This document shows, in pieces, positions 12,321-24,984 of a DNA stretch of 49,190 nucleotides. The position numbers were made by a program, and so were the translations under genes. The stretch comes from Dicyema japonicum (Eukaryota; Animalia; Dicyemida): contig RDEW01000135.1 in assembly GCA_011109175.1 (NCBI GenBank), forward strand, positions 1 to 49,190, written 5' to 3'. Positions within the stretch are counted from its first letter, which is position 1. Each line of letters starts with the position of its first letter. The notes under the pieces were generated by a model, which saw only the letters and a program-made list of their open reading frames with translations, was not told the DNA's origin and did no database searches.

Positions 12321-13531
12321 ATGGGAGACGACATAGTTTCAACTATTGTTTTGGATTGTGGTTCCAGCAGCATAAAAGCCGGATTCGCAGGTGAATACAC
12401 TCCTCGTGCCGAATTTCCTTCAATAATTGGACGTTCAAGCAGCGTAGTCTTAATATAAAAATTGGATAGGAACCCCACGATTTCTACATTGGAAAACATA
12501 TGCAAAGCAAGCGAGATATACTTAATCTGAAGTATCCTATAAGTAGGGGAGTAGTCAAAAACTGGGATGACATGGAAATGTTTCTAAACTACACTTTCAA
12601 TGAGGAACTCATGATCTTAACAGAAGAGAGCGCGGTCCTTCTTACTGAAGTCCCACTTAACCCAAAAGTATTTAAATTTATTAAAAAAATAAAATTTCAT
12701 TTTTAATATTTAATAAATATAAAATAATTATTATTATTAATTTAGATTAACCGGGAAAAAACAACACAAATAATGTTTGAGACTTTCAATTCACCCGCCA
12801 TGTTTATTTCCCTTCAACCAGTCATGGCCATGTATGCCTCTGGTCGAACAAGTGGGACTGTCCTCGACTTTGGGGACGGGGTGACTTCTGTGGTCCCCGT
12901 TTCTGATGGCTATGTCTTCACTCACGCTGTTATTAAAACTGACTACTCCGGCTGTGACCTCACTAACAGTTTAGATAAGAGACTAAGGGACCGTGGTGTT
13001 GTTTTCTCGACTCCCAGTGAGAAAGAGACTCTCCGTAGTATTAAAGAGAAGCTATGTTATATCGCCTATGATTTTGAGAAGGAGTTGGCCAATTTTGGGA
13101 CTGCGGAAGATCAAAGATCGTTTCAGCTCCCTGATGGGACGTCAATAGTGCTGGAGAATGAGAGATTTGTTTGTCCAGAAGCGATGTTTCAGCCTCATCT
13201 GTTTGGTCTGGAGTTCACTGGAATCCATGAGAGCATATACAATGCTATTTTAAAGTGTGATATTGAACTGAGAAAGGAGTTATACACATGTATTGTTTTG
13301 GCTGGGGGATCCTCGTTGTTAAAGGGGATTGATGAACGACTTACAAAGGAATTGAGTGTGCTCACTCCTTCGTATTATAGCTTTAAAGTTGTCTCTTCCT
13401 CTGATAGACGACTGTCAGGATGGATTGGAGGATCTATTTTGGCCGGTTTGTCCACCTTCCAGCAAATGTGGATAACAAAGTTTGATTATGATGAGTCTGG
13501 CCCTTGTATTGTGCATAGAAAGTGTTTTTGA
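12321..13531 (+). CDS. Divergent actin / actin-like protein, 368 aa, 3 exons
   Basis: Exons 12321-12443, 12470-12667, 12746-13531; GT-AG phase-0 introns of 26 and 78 nt. Motifs [41 protein letters not shown] and [25 protein letters not shown]. No frameshifts. Confidence 0.93.
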
Positions 13532-13573
13532 CAATTTTTATCTCATTTTTTGTGTTAGTGATTTTTATTGACT

Positions 13574-13832
13574 TTATAACATTACTATATTATTTATTCG
13601 GAGGAATGGAGGTACTTGGACCTTCTATCGAGATTGGACAGTTACCAGGCAAGTTCGGACTTGTGTGGGCTCGATGGGTGAACACTGCGCTAAGCTTAGG
13701 GCTCTACTAGTCGCGTCTGGATCAGTTAGCATAATTAGTTCTTGGAGTTAATTAGCCTCCAAATACCGGTCTCATAGACGTGTCCCTTCAAAAAATCTCC
13801 ATCCATATCCGTCGCTGTGGTAGTGCATCCAT
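13574..13832 (-). CDS. Possible small spliced gene, tail-to-tail with the actin gene
   Basis: GC-richer block with two GT-AG tiny-intron candidates (26 and 21 nt). These splice into ..LKGHVYETELIMLTDPDATSRALSLAQCSPIEPTQVRTCLKVQVPPFLRINNIVML*. Joining the ATG at 13832 needs one extra T in a T6 run near 13790. No family recognised. Confidence 0.35.
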
Positions 13833-14639
13833 TTGAGAAAATAGATCCTTCTGGATGCCTGAAAACCAATGTGCGTTTTTTGAATTAGGTTGATCACATG
13901 ACGGCTTTTAGGTTTTTATGAAGGCATCGATATTTTTCAATTTAATTATTTATTCACTATAATATTTGCAAAAAAAATCATAGGAAAACTTTTTGGGTAA
14001 GATTTATCTCAGTCATACGTCCACATTTGTTATTCTCATCCTTTATGGGTGACCTCTAAGTGGATGGTGCAGATAATTATGATTATCGAGGGGAAGATAA
14101 CAATATATACTAACGGATTCATGGCTTATGGATTAAATATATTATGAGGATAACAATAACGTTATATGACAAAAAGTGAAAATATTCAAACTAATAATCA
14201 GTTAATTATGACAGTAAAATTATAAGTGAACATATTATTGTCAAGAGTATACAACAACTGCAAGTTACTGTTAGAGTTACCATTCTAATACTCTGACTCA
14301 ATGAGTGAAAGATCTCATAGGGATATGAATTAACACACTTTCTAAGTGATAGCTATTTTGTTAAATTTTATTATGAAACCAATCGGTAGCAAATCTCAAT
14401 AAATATAACAGAATTTGGTATAAATCTGATTAGTAAACCAAGTTATTAATTGGTTGGAGGTTGATGAGGTTACGTACCTCTATGGACTAAATATTTTCTT
14501 CACTTGTTATGCATGAAGGTCCTTGGTTTTTTCTAGTGAAAATGAATAAGACAGAAACTCGAAAAAAGTCATAATCATTAGTCATGAGAGAAAGCTTTTA
14601 AAATTCATACTATTTAACGTTTTCTAAAAAATCTATCTC

Positions 14640-15790
14640 TCACAAGTGGAGATCTGCGGCCGTTCAAAAGTTCAAAATGTCTACAACCATCCTCGGAATC
14701 GACATTTCGAGGGCCTTCGACTCTGTCGACAGACGGAAGCTAATACTGGTTTTGGAAAGTTTCCTAGACGCTTCCACTGTCAGAATGGCCACCACCCTCC
14801 TAGCTGATACTTGGCTCACTGTAAGAGTCGAAGGAGCCTTGTCTCGCCGATTTGAGACGACTGTTGGCACTCAACAGGAAGACCCATTATTACCTATACT
14901 TTTTGTCATATACCTTGAAGCTGCTTTACGGGAGTCAAAACCGATAATGGGTGAAAAGACAAACATTATTGCGTATGCTGATGACGTAGACTTTATTTTA
15001 AATGACAAAATATCGCTCACCAGGTTGATCGGAAAAGTGCCTGGAAGACTAGCCGAATGGTTCCTAACAATAAATCCGGACAAGACTGACGTAACTGAAC
15101 TCAAGAGGGAAGAAACAAGGACGGAGGAGTACTGGCGCAAATGCAAAAAGCTTGGCTCACTCCTAAGAGACCATGAAGAAATTACGAGAAGGAAAACCCT
15201 AGCACAAACTGCCCTCTCCAGATTAAAGAACATCTGGCTTCACAAAAAGGGCCTTGACATTATAACAAAAACTCGATTATACAACTCGCTAGTGAAACCC
15301 ATACTACTATATAACGCTGGTACCTGGGCCTGCTCAAGAAATGAACTGAAGAGGCTTAATGCGTTTCATAGAGACCAACTACGGCATATGATGTTCGAAA
15401 GAAGTGATACGAGGATGTCATCTAATCTTCTTTATAAGAGGACCAAGACCTCAGAAATTTCTAATGAGATTATGGATACACGATAGAGGCTTTTCGCCCA
15501 TATTCTGCGACTGGACCTAGATGCCCCCGCAAACGTAGCCATGGAGGATTACTTCATGTTGGAGGCCCCCCGTTTCCGTGGTCGCCCAAGGACGACACTG
15601 GCAGTCGTTCTCGACGAGAACCTCAAAGAAATGGGACGGCATCTTGGAAGTGGAGAAGATCTTGACTGGTTGCGCACTGCGGTTTTGAATAGGAGGAAGT
15701 GGATGAAACTAACCAGTGATTTACTAACTCGTGTTGCACATGCTTTGTCATGTCCTATGACATAGCGATAAGTGCTTATAATAATAATGC
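14640..15790 (+). mobile_element. 5'-truncated RTE-like LINE (RT C-half)
   Basis: IDISRAFDSV, TQQEDPLLP, YADDVDF and LLYNAGTW. In-frame TAG at 15484 followed by RLFAHILR. (TAA)n tail at about 15778-15788. Confidence 0.88.
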
Positions 15791-16029
15791 TTTAACACCA
15801 ATGCCATAATGATTTAAGTTATAGTCAGAGCTGAAGAGTGGGAGTCGGAGTCAGTGATAAAAAGGTCGACTCCGATTCTTTTTTGATCGCAAATTTTGTT
15901 TATTAGTGTAAGGCAAAATTCAAATACTAATTGTACGATAAAAACAAAGACACGTCAAATTTTGACTAATTTAAATTAATTTAATACTTATTTATTAAAA
16001 TAATTTTAATACTTATTTATTAAAATAAT

Positions 16030-17040
16030 TCATCTCAAGAAAGTACAACATTGAAAATGTGAAGGATTTGACAATGTTGAAATTGATGGAAATACAACAT
16101 GAATATCTACTGGGAAAAATTGAAGAGAAATCGCTGCACTCTATTCTATTTGAGTGTCTGAAAGATACCGAAGTGAATATTGCTGAATCCTCAGGGTGGT
16201 TAGTTCATGGAAATCATTCTCCTGTAACCGAAGGAAGGCTGTGTCTGCTTCAGGATCGTAACATGTTTTTTGATAATGGAGAAGCCAAGTGCAAACATTG
16301 TAACTCAGGAAAGAAGACCGTTGATCACCTTGCAACTAGATGTGGGAGAATGCTGAATAGCTCGTATCTCAGGCGGCATAACGAGGTGGTCAGATGTATT
16401 CACTTACACCTCTGCCGTCAATATGGAATAAGAAAAACTAAGAAACTGAAGACCCACTCAGTCCAATCTGTTGTCTCAAATGAATTTGTGGAGATTCGTG
16501 TAGACACAACGATTAGTACAGATACGGCTGTACAGAATAACAAACCCGATATTTTCGTTCATGATAAGGTGCGTAATACGATTACTCTCGTTGAAATTGG
16601 GATCACGTCCCAAAACTGCCTCAAGCAAGTCGAGGTGGAAAAGTTCCATAAGTATGACTTACTGGCGAACGAACTCGGATGTATTCATCGCGCAAAGGTA
16701 AAAATAATCCCTGTAGTCATTACCTGGGATGGGATTGTTTCGAGATTCTTCAAGGGCCATCTGGATGCCCTCAAACTGGAGGAAAGGGTGAAAGCGTACA
16801 TCCAAACGTTAGTATTGAGAAAGACGTTGGAGAGCATGCAAGCTGAAGATAGACATGGAGTATCGATACCTGATGAGGAGGAAGCTGATAAGGAATGTCG
16901 ACCTAGGGGAGTCTCGGAATGTGTGTTGTGCGACAACAAAAACACACCTATACTGACAATTGACGTTGGCCCCAAGAAGAGGAGATTAGCTAATTAATTA
17001 CTTGTGACTCGTTGTTTCGTTAAAATTAGCAATAAAAAAT
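16030..17040 (+). mobile_element. 3' part of an R2-superfamily non-LTR retrotransposon (CCHC knuckle plus restriction-like endonuclease)
   Basis: Open 312-aa ORF 16059-16997 with CKHC..VDHLATRC, YLRRHNEVVR, KPDIF..LVEIGIT and EKFHKYDLL. No RT domain upstream. Confidence 0.85.
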
Positions 17041-20000
17041 ATGTTTTTAAAATAATTTTACAAAATGGCGAATCTATAATTACATTTATATATTATTTGG
17101 CATGCGTTTGCCACTTTCTTGTGTTTGGCTGTTGTGCTTTTTTATTATATTTTTCTACTGTGTTGTCATACATTATATTATTGGATTTATCAAATAGTGT
17201 TGAAGGCTGGTATCAAAATTTCTAATATATATTTTATATTTTGTTAACCTATAAATGTGGATTATTTTCCACTATTTGATTTATCCCTATTTATATTCTC
17301 TTGTCTATTTTCTCTTCCATATTATTTGTATCCCAAATTGTTATGTCGTTACATCGTGATTATACATTGTTTCAATCTCAAGAGGCATTTATTGAGATTC
17401 CATCCAAATATTCTAGTAAACCTATCAAAGCTAAAAATACAGCAAGGTTATTTATGATAACTGGATAAAATTTGTAGGGACACATGTCAGAACTTTTAAA
17501 GTCGTTCTCCCTAACATCTTATATCTATGATTTTCATAATTAAAAGTGTGAACACATACTTAAAAATTCGACTAGAAACGAAGATAAAAAAATAATCAAG
17601 CACAGAAATGAATCTAACTCTGATTTAGTATTGATTTAAATGACCTATTTTAATAGTAATAAAAATTTATTAGCTTATTTAGCTTAATAAAAAGTAATGG
17701 TTTGCAGGTCCTACTATCGAATGGCAGAGATCACTGGAGTCTGAAAGAGGATCTTAAATTGTGTAGCACAAATGAACCTTAGTAATATAACATTCTTTTG
17801 TTCTGAGAACATTTGTTACTGGTATAATGACTTGCTTGTACTCTGAACAGAATGAAAATTACTCTCATGATCGAGACCTCAATGTTCTGGAAGTGCCATA
17901 GAATCATTCTAAGTTCGTTATTTCGCAAACCTGCAAGTCTTCGATCATTCTAATAAACTTTGATGTGCATTAAGCTATGACCCTGAATTCTCCGAAGATC
18001 TCATAATTAAAAATGTACGGCTATGAATATCGGTGTATTTGGAACTTAGCTTTTTTTGAATTGGATATTATCTCAGTCCTTTTAAGAAATAAAGTCCTCG
18101 ATGACATCTAGCCCACTATTCTTACACTGTTGCACGGCTGAGTTAAGCAGTGGGTAAAAACATAAGTGTCAGCAAAGAGCGACAACTTTAAAGGGATGAC
18201 AGTGATCAATGAATTACTTAATCGGCAGAAGACTTCAGGTCTATTCCCCAAACCTAATCGTAAGTTCTAAATATATTTATGGTAATATTTGACTAGGTTC
18301 ATGAGTTTTATATGCATATTTTTTCAAAAGCCATTAGGTCAACCAAATAATTGTATTGTGATTTCTATTTCTTACGATTTGGAAGTCACTGACATTTAAC
18401 TTGTCTCTTGTACTGCAACTATGATTCACGTGAATCTGAATAATAAGCACATAAAGTTATTTGGCATCAAAACAACCAGTTAATTTCTTAAATTGTCAGA
18501 TTGACTTGATGTACTAATAAAAGTAATCTTCCTACTATCCTTCTTCAAGTGTAACCTTTAGTCCTTATCATCTGAAAGTGAGTAATTATGCTTGTGTTTG
18601 TTCCTAGTAGTCCTGGTCGCACAATGGGGAATATCTTAAAACCATTTATCTTTAATTTATCAATATTAAACTAAACTTTAATGTTTCTCACAAAATACTC
18701 GATCATGAAAGAATGTTTGCTTTTTGTTCCAAATGTCTTCAAACCCTCTCAAAATCCTCTATTAGAAAATCACAAGAGCTCTTCCAATGTGCATCGCTGA
18801 TTCTCGTGAAAGATATGTTTCATTATCCGACTCGCTCTCTTCCTTATCTCCACAATATTAAAGAATTTTTTTGTTCACAAAATTTTAAGAATTTATGTCA
18901 TATTTTAAAAGTACCAATAATATTCCAATAAAATATTCTGAAAATAAACCAGAAAATAATACAAAAAATTATCATCCACAAGTGCAGGAAGAATTTAGTC
19001 CGAATCTCACTGCTGTTTATTTCAATTGAAGGTACCACACATCAATGATGCTTCCTGATTGACAAGTGACCTTGTAATCATTGATTGCACACTGTGGAAC
19101 TTATTGCCTACTTAAATTAGTACGAAATGAACAAAAAAGATATTAACATTCTTAATTTTTCCCCGTTCCTTCGACTAAATATCTTTTATTTTTAAAATAT
19201 AGAAAGTGTCCTGCCCAAGTTGAAGTTTAAAATCTGAAACATAGTTACATTCTACGAAAATAGCTATCACTATAAATTATAATCTAAAGACAAATATTGA
19301 TTCCTTTAGTTGACTTGACCAGTGACGTAGCATTAGTGAACATCTCACTGTGGAAACGGATCGTCTATTAAAGGACTCACACGAAACAAAATAGAAAAGA
19401 GGATTCCTTGGTTCTACCATAGTTATCATAACTGTTTTTTACTAGATGTGTCTGCCTAGGAGGAGCTATTGCTAATATGGCTCTTAACCAACTCATAAAC
19501 TTAGTGGTCGTAAACGCGCTTACCTCTTGATCCTTGGATTTCTAAGAAAGATTTAGTAGAGTAGGCCGTGGGAAAGTAGGAAATTGTTTTCAAATCAGTT
19601 TAATCCCAACACATCGCAGTAACCTCTTCACTTTTTCCAGATATTTAAAGGATTCCCTGTTTCTTCATATGCTCTTTTCCATAGCAATAAAATAAGCCGA
19701 GGTTTTCATGGAGAAACCGATAATTATATTGAAGACTAACACGAGATATAAAAATTAATATAAAGATATTCTAAATTCCATGGACCTAATAAAGAACTCA
19801 GAAATTGTATGATATATTGTTACAGGAATTTGACCAAACTTGGACTTTTATTACCAAGGAAATTAAAGTGGGAGTCGGTTGGCTTCACGCCGCAAGTCCT
19901 GCAATTGCTTGGACTCTTCTCTGCGCTCTCAGATACTTCTTATCGTTCATTCGGTGCTGCAACATAAGAGTCAATGATGACATCTTTTTTAGGAGGTTTG

Positions 20001-20158
20001 CTATTTTTTTTCTGCTGCATCTCTTTAAAAGAATTTCATTTCGACAAAAAGTATGAAATCATTTGGCAAATTGATGTTTAACAGTCAATTACATAATCAT
20101 TATCAGACAAATATCACCAGCTATATCTTGAATTCTTGTTGTATCTCTTAAGCATCCT

Positions 20159-20172
20159 GTTGAGAAACTCTG
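20159..20172 (-). mobile_element. Orphan hAT (Charlie-like) terminal inverted repeat
   Basis: Minus strand CAGAGTTTCTCAAC is preceded by CTCTAGAA, resembling the NTCTAGAN Charlie-type target site. Confidence 0.4.
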
Positions 20173-20299
20173 TTCTAGAGTAAGGAACATTTATGCTAAT
20201 AAATCGTTGACAGGAAGGTCACCTCGTTAAGTTACGAATATCTCAAGTCAACAAGATATCGGTCACGTAGGGCATATGCTATTATTGGCTTAATTCTTG

Positions 20300-21530
20300 A
20301 TATAGTCGCCATTAAATGAAAAGACTACAGTAAAAAACAGTTAAACCTGGCAGAAATGACACTTGGACACTACAGAAATCAATTATCGCGCAAATTTTGT
20401 TTTTTGTCGGGTCCAACCTCAGGAATTATCTCAAACGTAAAAAGCACCTAAAAAATATGACGCACAATCAAACTAATAAAAGAAAGGAATTATCTCAAAC
20501 GTAAAAAGCACCTAACAAAATGTGATACTAACAGAATCCGTGCACTGAACATGGAGATCAACGAAAAGACAAAACTTCTCCAAATAACATAACTGGGTCG
20601 AATTTCTAATACTATGAAAAAATAGTTAACTTATGGAGGATGCTGCGAAATGTCAAAAACGCTGAAAACAAAATCGAGGGAGAGTGTGAACAGGAGATGG
20701 ATCTGAAAAAATTTATCAAACAATTGAATAAGCCACAAACCATTCCAAAGGATGGATATTCCTCCACAAAAAAACCGAAACCGTAAAGGAGGCATCCAAC
20801 TGGTCGACGAGGACGAGTACACTATGGTAATCGATGTTCCGTATCGAGACTATTAGCAAATGGCGTTCTCCAGGGCTCCCCATTATCTCCCCTCTTGTTT
20901 AAAGTAATGATGAATGACTTACCACTCGTACAGGAAGACGATGACATATTATTAATGCGGATGATGTAGTCATTGAAGCAACGAGAAGAGTAAAGGATAA
21001 TCTGAATAAACTAAGTTTATGGCTTTGGGAAAATCAATTGACTGCTAGTCCGGTCACACTGGATGGGAAGAATATCCCGGAAAACAAATACCAGATAATC
21101 TTGGGAATTACCTTTGATACCTTCTTAACCTTTATAAAACATGTCGAAAATATGTTATTGTACGAGGAAAATCAACTTCCTAAAAGCGTTCTTGGGAAAC
21201 CTAAGAGACAAAAAAGATCTGAGTGGACTGGATGTCATATACAAACAGTTCATCGAGTCTACAATAGGTTACGCATGTAATGTCTGGGGATCTAACCTTG
21301 CTGCAACGAATTTGGAGAAGAATCTGCAACATTCATGTGAAGGCCGCAAACCTACTAAGAAAATCTTGAAAAAATGATAGAGGCGACTGTAACAGTGTCC
21401 CTGCGAAAGACTCGAGTATGCGGAAATTGACCGATCTATGAGAACGACCGTTATTTGCTCAGTTCCACTTAATAGCCGCTGGTCTCCTACAAATTAGTAG
21501 GGTCGGGGTCACTTAAACAAACTAACTAAT
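20300..21530 (+). mobile_element. Degraded Ingi/Vingi-like LINE fragment
   Basis: RLLANGVLQGSPLSPLLF..MNDLP, ADDVV, LGITFDTFLTF and YKQFIESTIGYACNVW. Ends with a CTAA-repeat tail near 21520-21530. A 30-bp internal duplication lies at about 20421 and 20485. Confidence 0.75.
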
Positions 21531-21539
21531 CGTATGATC

Positions 21540-24155
21540 CTTACGGGTTTCAGTAAATCCATAAGATATTGTCTTGGAATATAAAGTTGACCACACTGTG
21601 GAAGAGTGGCAAAAAAACCCGACCAAACTGGATGAATTCTACTCAGCATTATCAAAGACGTATAGTGAATATGAGTCGTCCTCACTTATATTCATTGCTA
21701 GCGATCTGAATGCGAAAATCGGAACAAAAAAGAGCTCAGAAGATACCTTCATGGGAAGACACGGACGTGGGAAAAGAAACCTTCCTGGGACCATATTTGG
21801 CCATTTCTGCACGGTAAACAAACTGTTCTTGTGCAACACCGCATTCTCTCATCGTGCATGCCACATAACCACTTGGATGGGCGAAAGAAGAAACCCAGAA
21901 GGAAAACTAGTCCCTATATACAACCAAATTGACTATATTATATGCCGGATCAATGACAAACGTTCTCTTATAAACGCACGCTCATACGAAGGTTCAACAA
22001 CTGTTAGCGATCACAGAATGGTTATTGTCACCTTCAGCCTGGCGAAACATCAAACATAAGAAACATAATAACATTACAAACAATAATTATGAGAATACAA
22101 GAAATGGATACGCGAGGGGAAAACTTATCTCTCATCCACAGTCAAAAATTATTAAAAATACATCTGCTCTCATCTGAAGGACCCAACAGTAGGAATTTCG
22201 TGGGATCACACAAAGTATATAATAAACGAAGCAGCAAGCCAGTACCTCGGCACGCGAGAGATGCCCAGTAAGGGTCGGACGACACATACAGAACTAGTAA
22301 TGGAGTTAGCAAAGGAGTTAAAAGAAATCCATACAAAAAAACTAAACGAAAAAGACTATAACAAGAGAAAAGCCCTTCAGGGGCAGAGGGACCAAATCCG
22401 TAGACTGAACAAGACTCCACCAAGAAGAACTTCTTCGCAAAATCGATGAAGTATCCAAACTAAAGGATAATTCACAAATGTATATGGGCGCTCGTTTACT
22501 ACGCCACAAAAACCAGAAGGAACGAATAATCATCAAAGACAAAAATGGCAAGACATTACTGAATACTGAAGAGCAAGCGGAGGTAATTGCAACACATTTT
22601 GAGAAACTTTTTAATGTGGCTACAACAATCCCCCCATTCAAAGGAAAGCCTAGACCTTTAAAAGAACCAATTTCAATTTTGGAAGTAAAAACAGCATGTC
22701 AAAAACTAAAAAAATAACAGAAGCCCTGGACCAGATACGATAAACCCAAAATTACTGAAATACGGGCCTGACCCCCTTTTTGAAAAAATCGCTACACTAC
22801 TAAATGAAATGTTTTCAACTAACTCAACCTTGCCCTGGGAACGAGATTACTAATACCTATACAAAAACCCAATAAACCCAAAGGACCGGTTGAAAACTTA
22901 CGACCTATCATATTATCAAATTCGCTACGGAAAGTCTTAGCTAACATTGTATTGGAACGAATAAAAGGACCCGCATATGAATACCCGAAAGTCAAAGTGG
23001 GTTCAGAGAAGGAAGATCAACAGCTGATGCAGTCTGGAGTCACAGATGCAGATGTGCAACACATCAAAGATATTTCAATGCCACCCACATTCTGGGAATA
23101 GATCTATCAACAGCCTTTGACTTGGTTAACAGAAAAAAATGATGACAGTGCTGGAAGGGTTTATTGACGAATCGAGTCTAAGAATAATTCAAATCTTTCT
23201 ATCTAACACAGAACTCCTTGTGAGAGTTGGAAAAACCTACTTAAGAAAATTTGAAACAAACACAGGCACTCCTCAAGGAGACTCCCTCTCTCCCCTACTA
23301 TTCACAATACTTGGAGGCCGCTATGAGGAAACTGAGACCAATATAATATCAAAGGAAAAATAGAAGAAGTGATTTATGCTGATGATGTTGACTTAATTTC
23401 TGAAGACAAAGAACTCCTGGAGCATGTACTAGAAAAAGCACCAGATATACTTGAGGAATGGTTTCTCACCGTGAACAGAGAAAAAACAGAAGACGGATGA
23501 ACAACTCACTCGAAGAATGGAGACACATAAGAAACTTGGCTCTCTACTAGGAGATAGCGAAGACATCATACGGAGAAAAACATTGGCAAATGCGGCATTA
23601 CAAAGGCTGAAAAATCTTTGGCTAAACGGAAAGATATAACATAAAACAAAGGATTATGTTATACGACACTTTTATCAAACCAATTCTACTATACAACTCT
23701 GGGACCTGGGCCACCTCTAAAGAGCAATTGGAGAGGCTATACACATTTCACAGGAATCATCTAAGAAACATAACTGGAATGTCCTGGCTATCCAAGATTT
23801 CGCGGAATGGACTGCACAATAAGTGTGACTGTATACCATTAAGCCACGAGATCATGAGCTCTCGTTGGAGACTTTTTGGACACGTCCTGAGGTTGGACCC
23901 GATATCCCCTCCGAATATCGCAATGGAAGATTACTACCCTCCCGGTCGAAACCGAGAACTACCCTCTGGTCGTTCTACAAAACGATCTGAAAGCCGTAAA
24001 GAAAACATTGGCATTTGGTGACGATCTGGACTCACTGAGGGACCTAGCAAAGAACAGAAGAGCTTGGAGCAACCTAACTAATTCTCTTATATTTTTTGCT
24101 GCACATGCAGGGCTATAAATAATATGGCTCTCGTGAAAGTGCTAATAATATAACC
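21540..24155 (+). mobile_element. RTE-like LINE (APE plus RT), frameshifted
   Basis: APE motifs DLNAKIG, GRHGRGKRN, NQIDYII and SDHR. RT motifs LRPIILS, TPQGDSLSP, YADDVD and LLYNSGTW. 3' UTR with TAATAATAA tail at about 24145. Confidence 0.9.
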
Positions 24156-24425
24156 AACCTATACATTTTTATCACAAACATCTTCAAAATGGCAGAAAAT
24201 AAAATATTTAGATAATAAACTTATGAAAAATATTGGAATTTAATGACCTAATTGACAATGTGTTATCCCAATTAAAAACTGTCAATCATAATATATTCAA
24301 TCACCTTCAATGTATATATTAACACAACATTTTCGGTTATTAAATCTACAATGGGGTGAAGTCGTCAAGTCGACCTTTTCGCTATTAATTATTTATTTTT
24401 GATCAAAATTGGTAAAGTACTTCAT

Positions 24426-24556
24426 GAATGAGAAGAGCTGTTCAGGATTCCCGACCCCGCCGGACTCGTCCTCACCTTTGTCGGTCTGGGATCACTTAGT
24501 TAGACAAGAACTTTTATTTCTTTCTCTTTGACCAGTGATCCTGGAGGTAATAATAA
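24426..24556 (+). mobile_element. 131-bp 5'-truncated LINE 3'-end insertion with 13-bp TSD
   Basis: Closely similar to 11171-11300. (TAA)n tail. Flanked by TAAAGTACTTCAT at 24413-24425 and 24557-24569. Confidence 0.88.
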
Positions 24557-24984
24557 TAAAGTACTTCATAACTGAATAATTGATATTAGAACATCAGAAT
24601 TAATGTTCCGAAAGTCCATCAGAGAGTACTCGCTTGTTTGGATGGAAAATAGATATTTACTCTATGTGGAATGGGTAGATGTGGAAGATCTCTTAGAAGG
24701 AAATGAGTTAATTCCACAATTTCTACTTAATAGCTTAGCTATTTTGTTTGACTTGCAATGATTTTATCATGAAAACGATCTGTAGCAAATGTCAATAAAT
24801 GTTACAAAAATTTGTTATAAATCTTATTAGTTAACTATGTAATTAATTGATTGGAATTTGAAGTCCAAAAATCAACTATCAAAAAATAAAAAAAAGTATT
24901 CATTTAACTATGATTTGAAATTTTATCAACTAGTACTACTTATTAAATAATTCAAACTTAATGATTAGAGAATAACGGAAGTAG

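Noticed and set aside
15832-15882. GGAGTCGGAGTC..CGACTCCGA inverted motif like some DNA-transposon termini
   Set aside because: Only about 50 bp, with no partner end, TSD or transposase.
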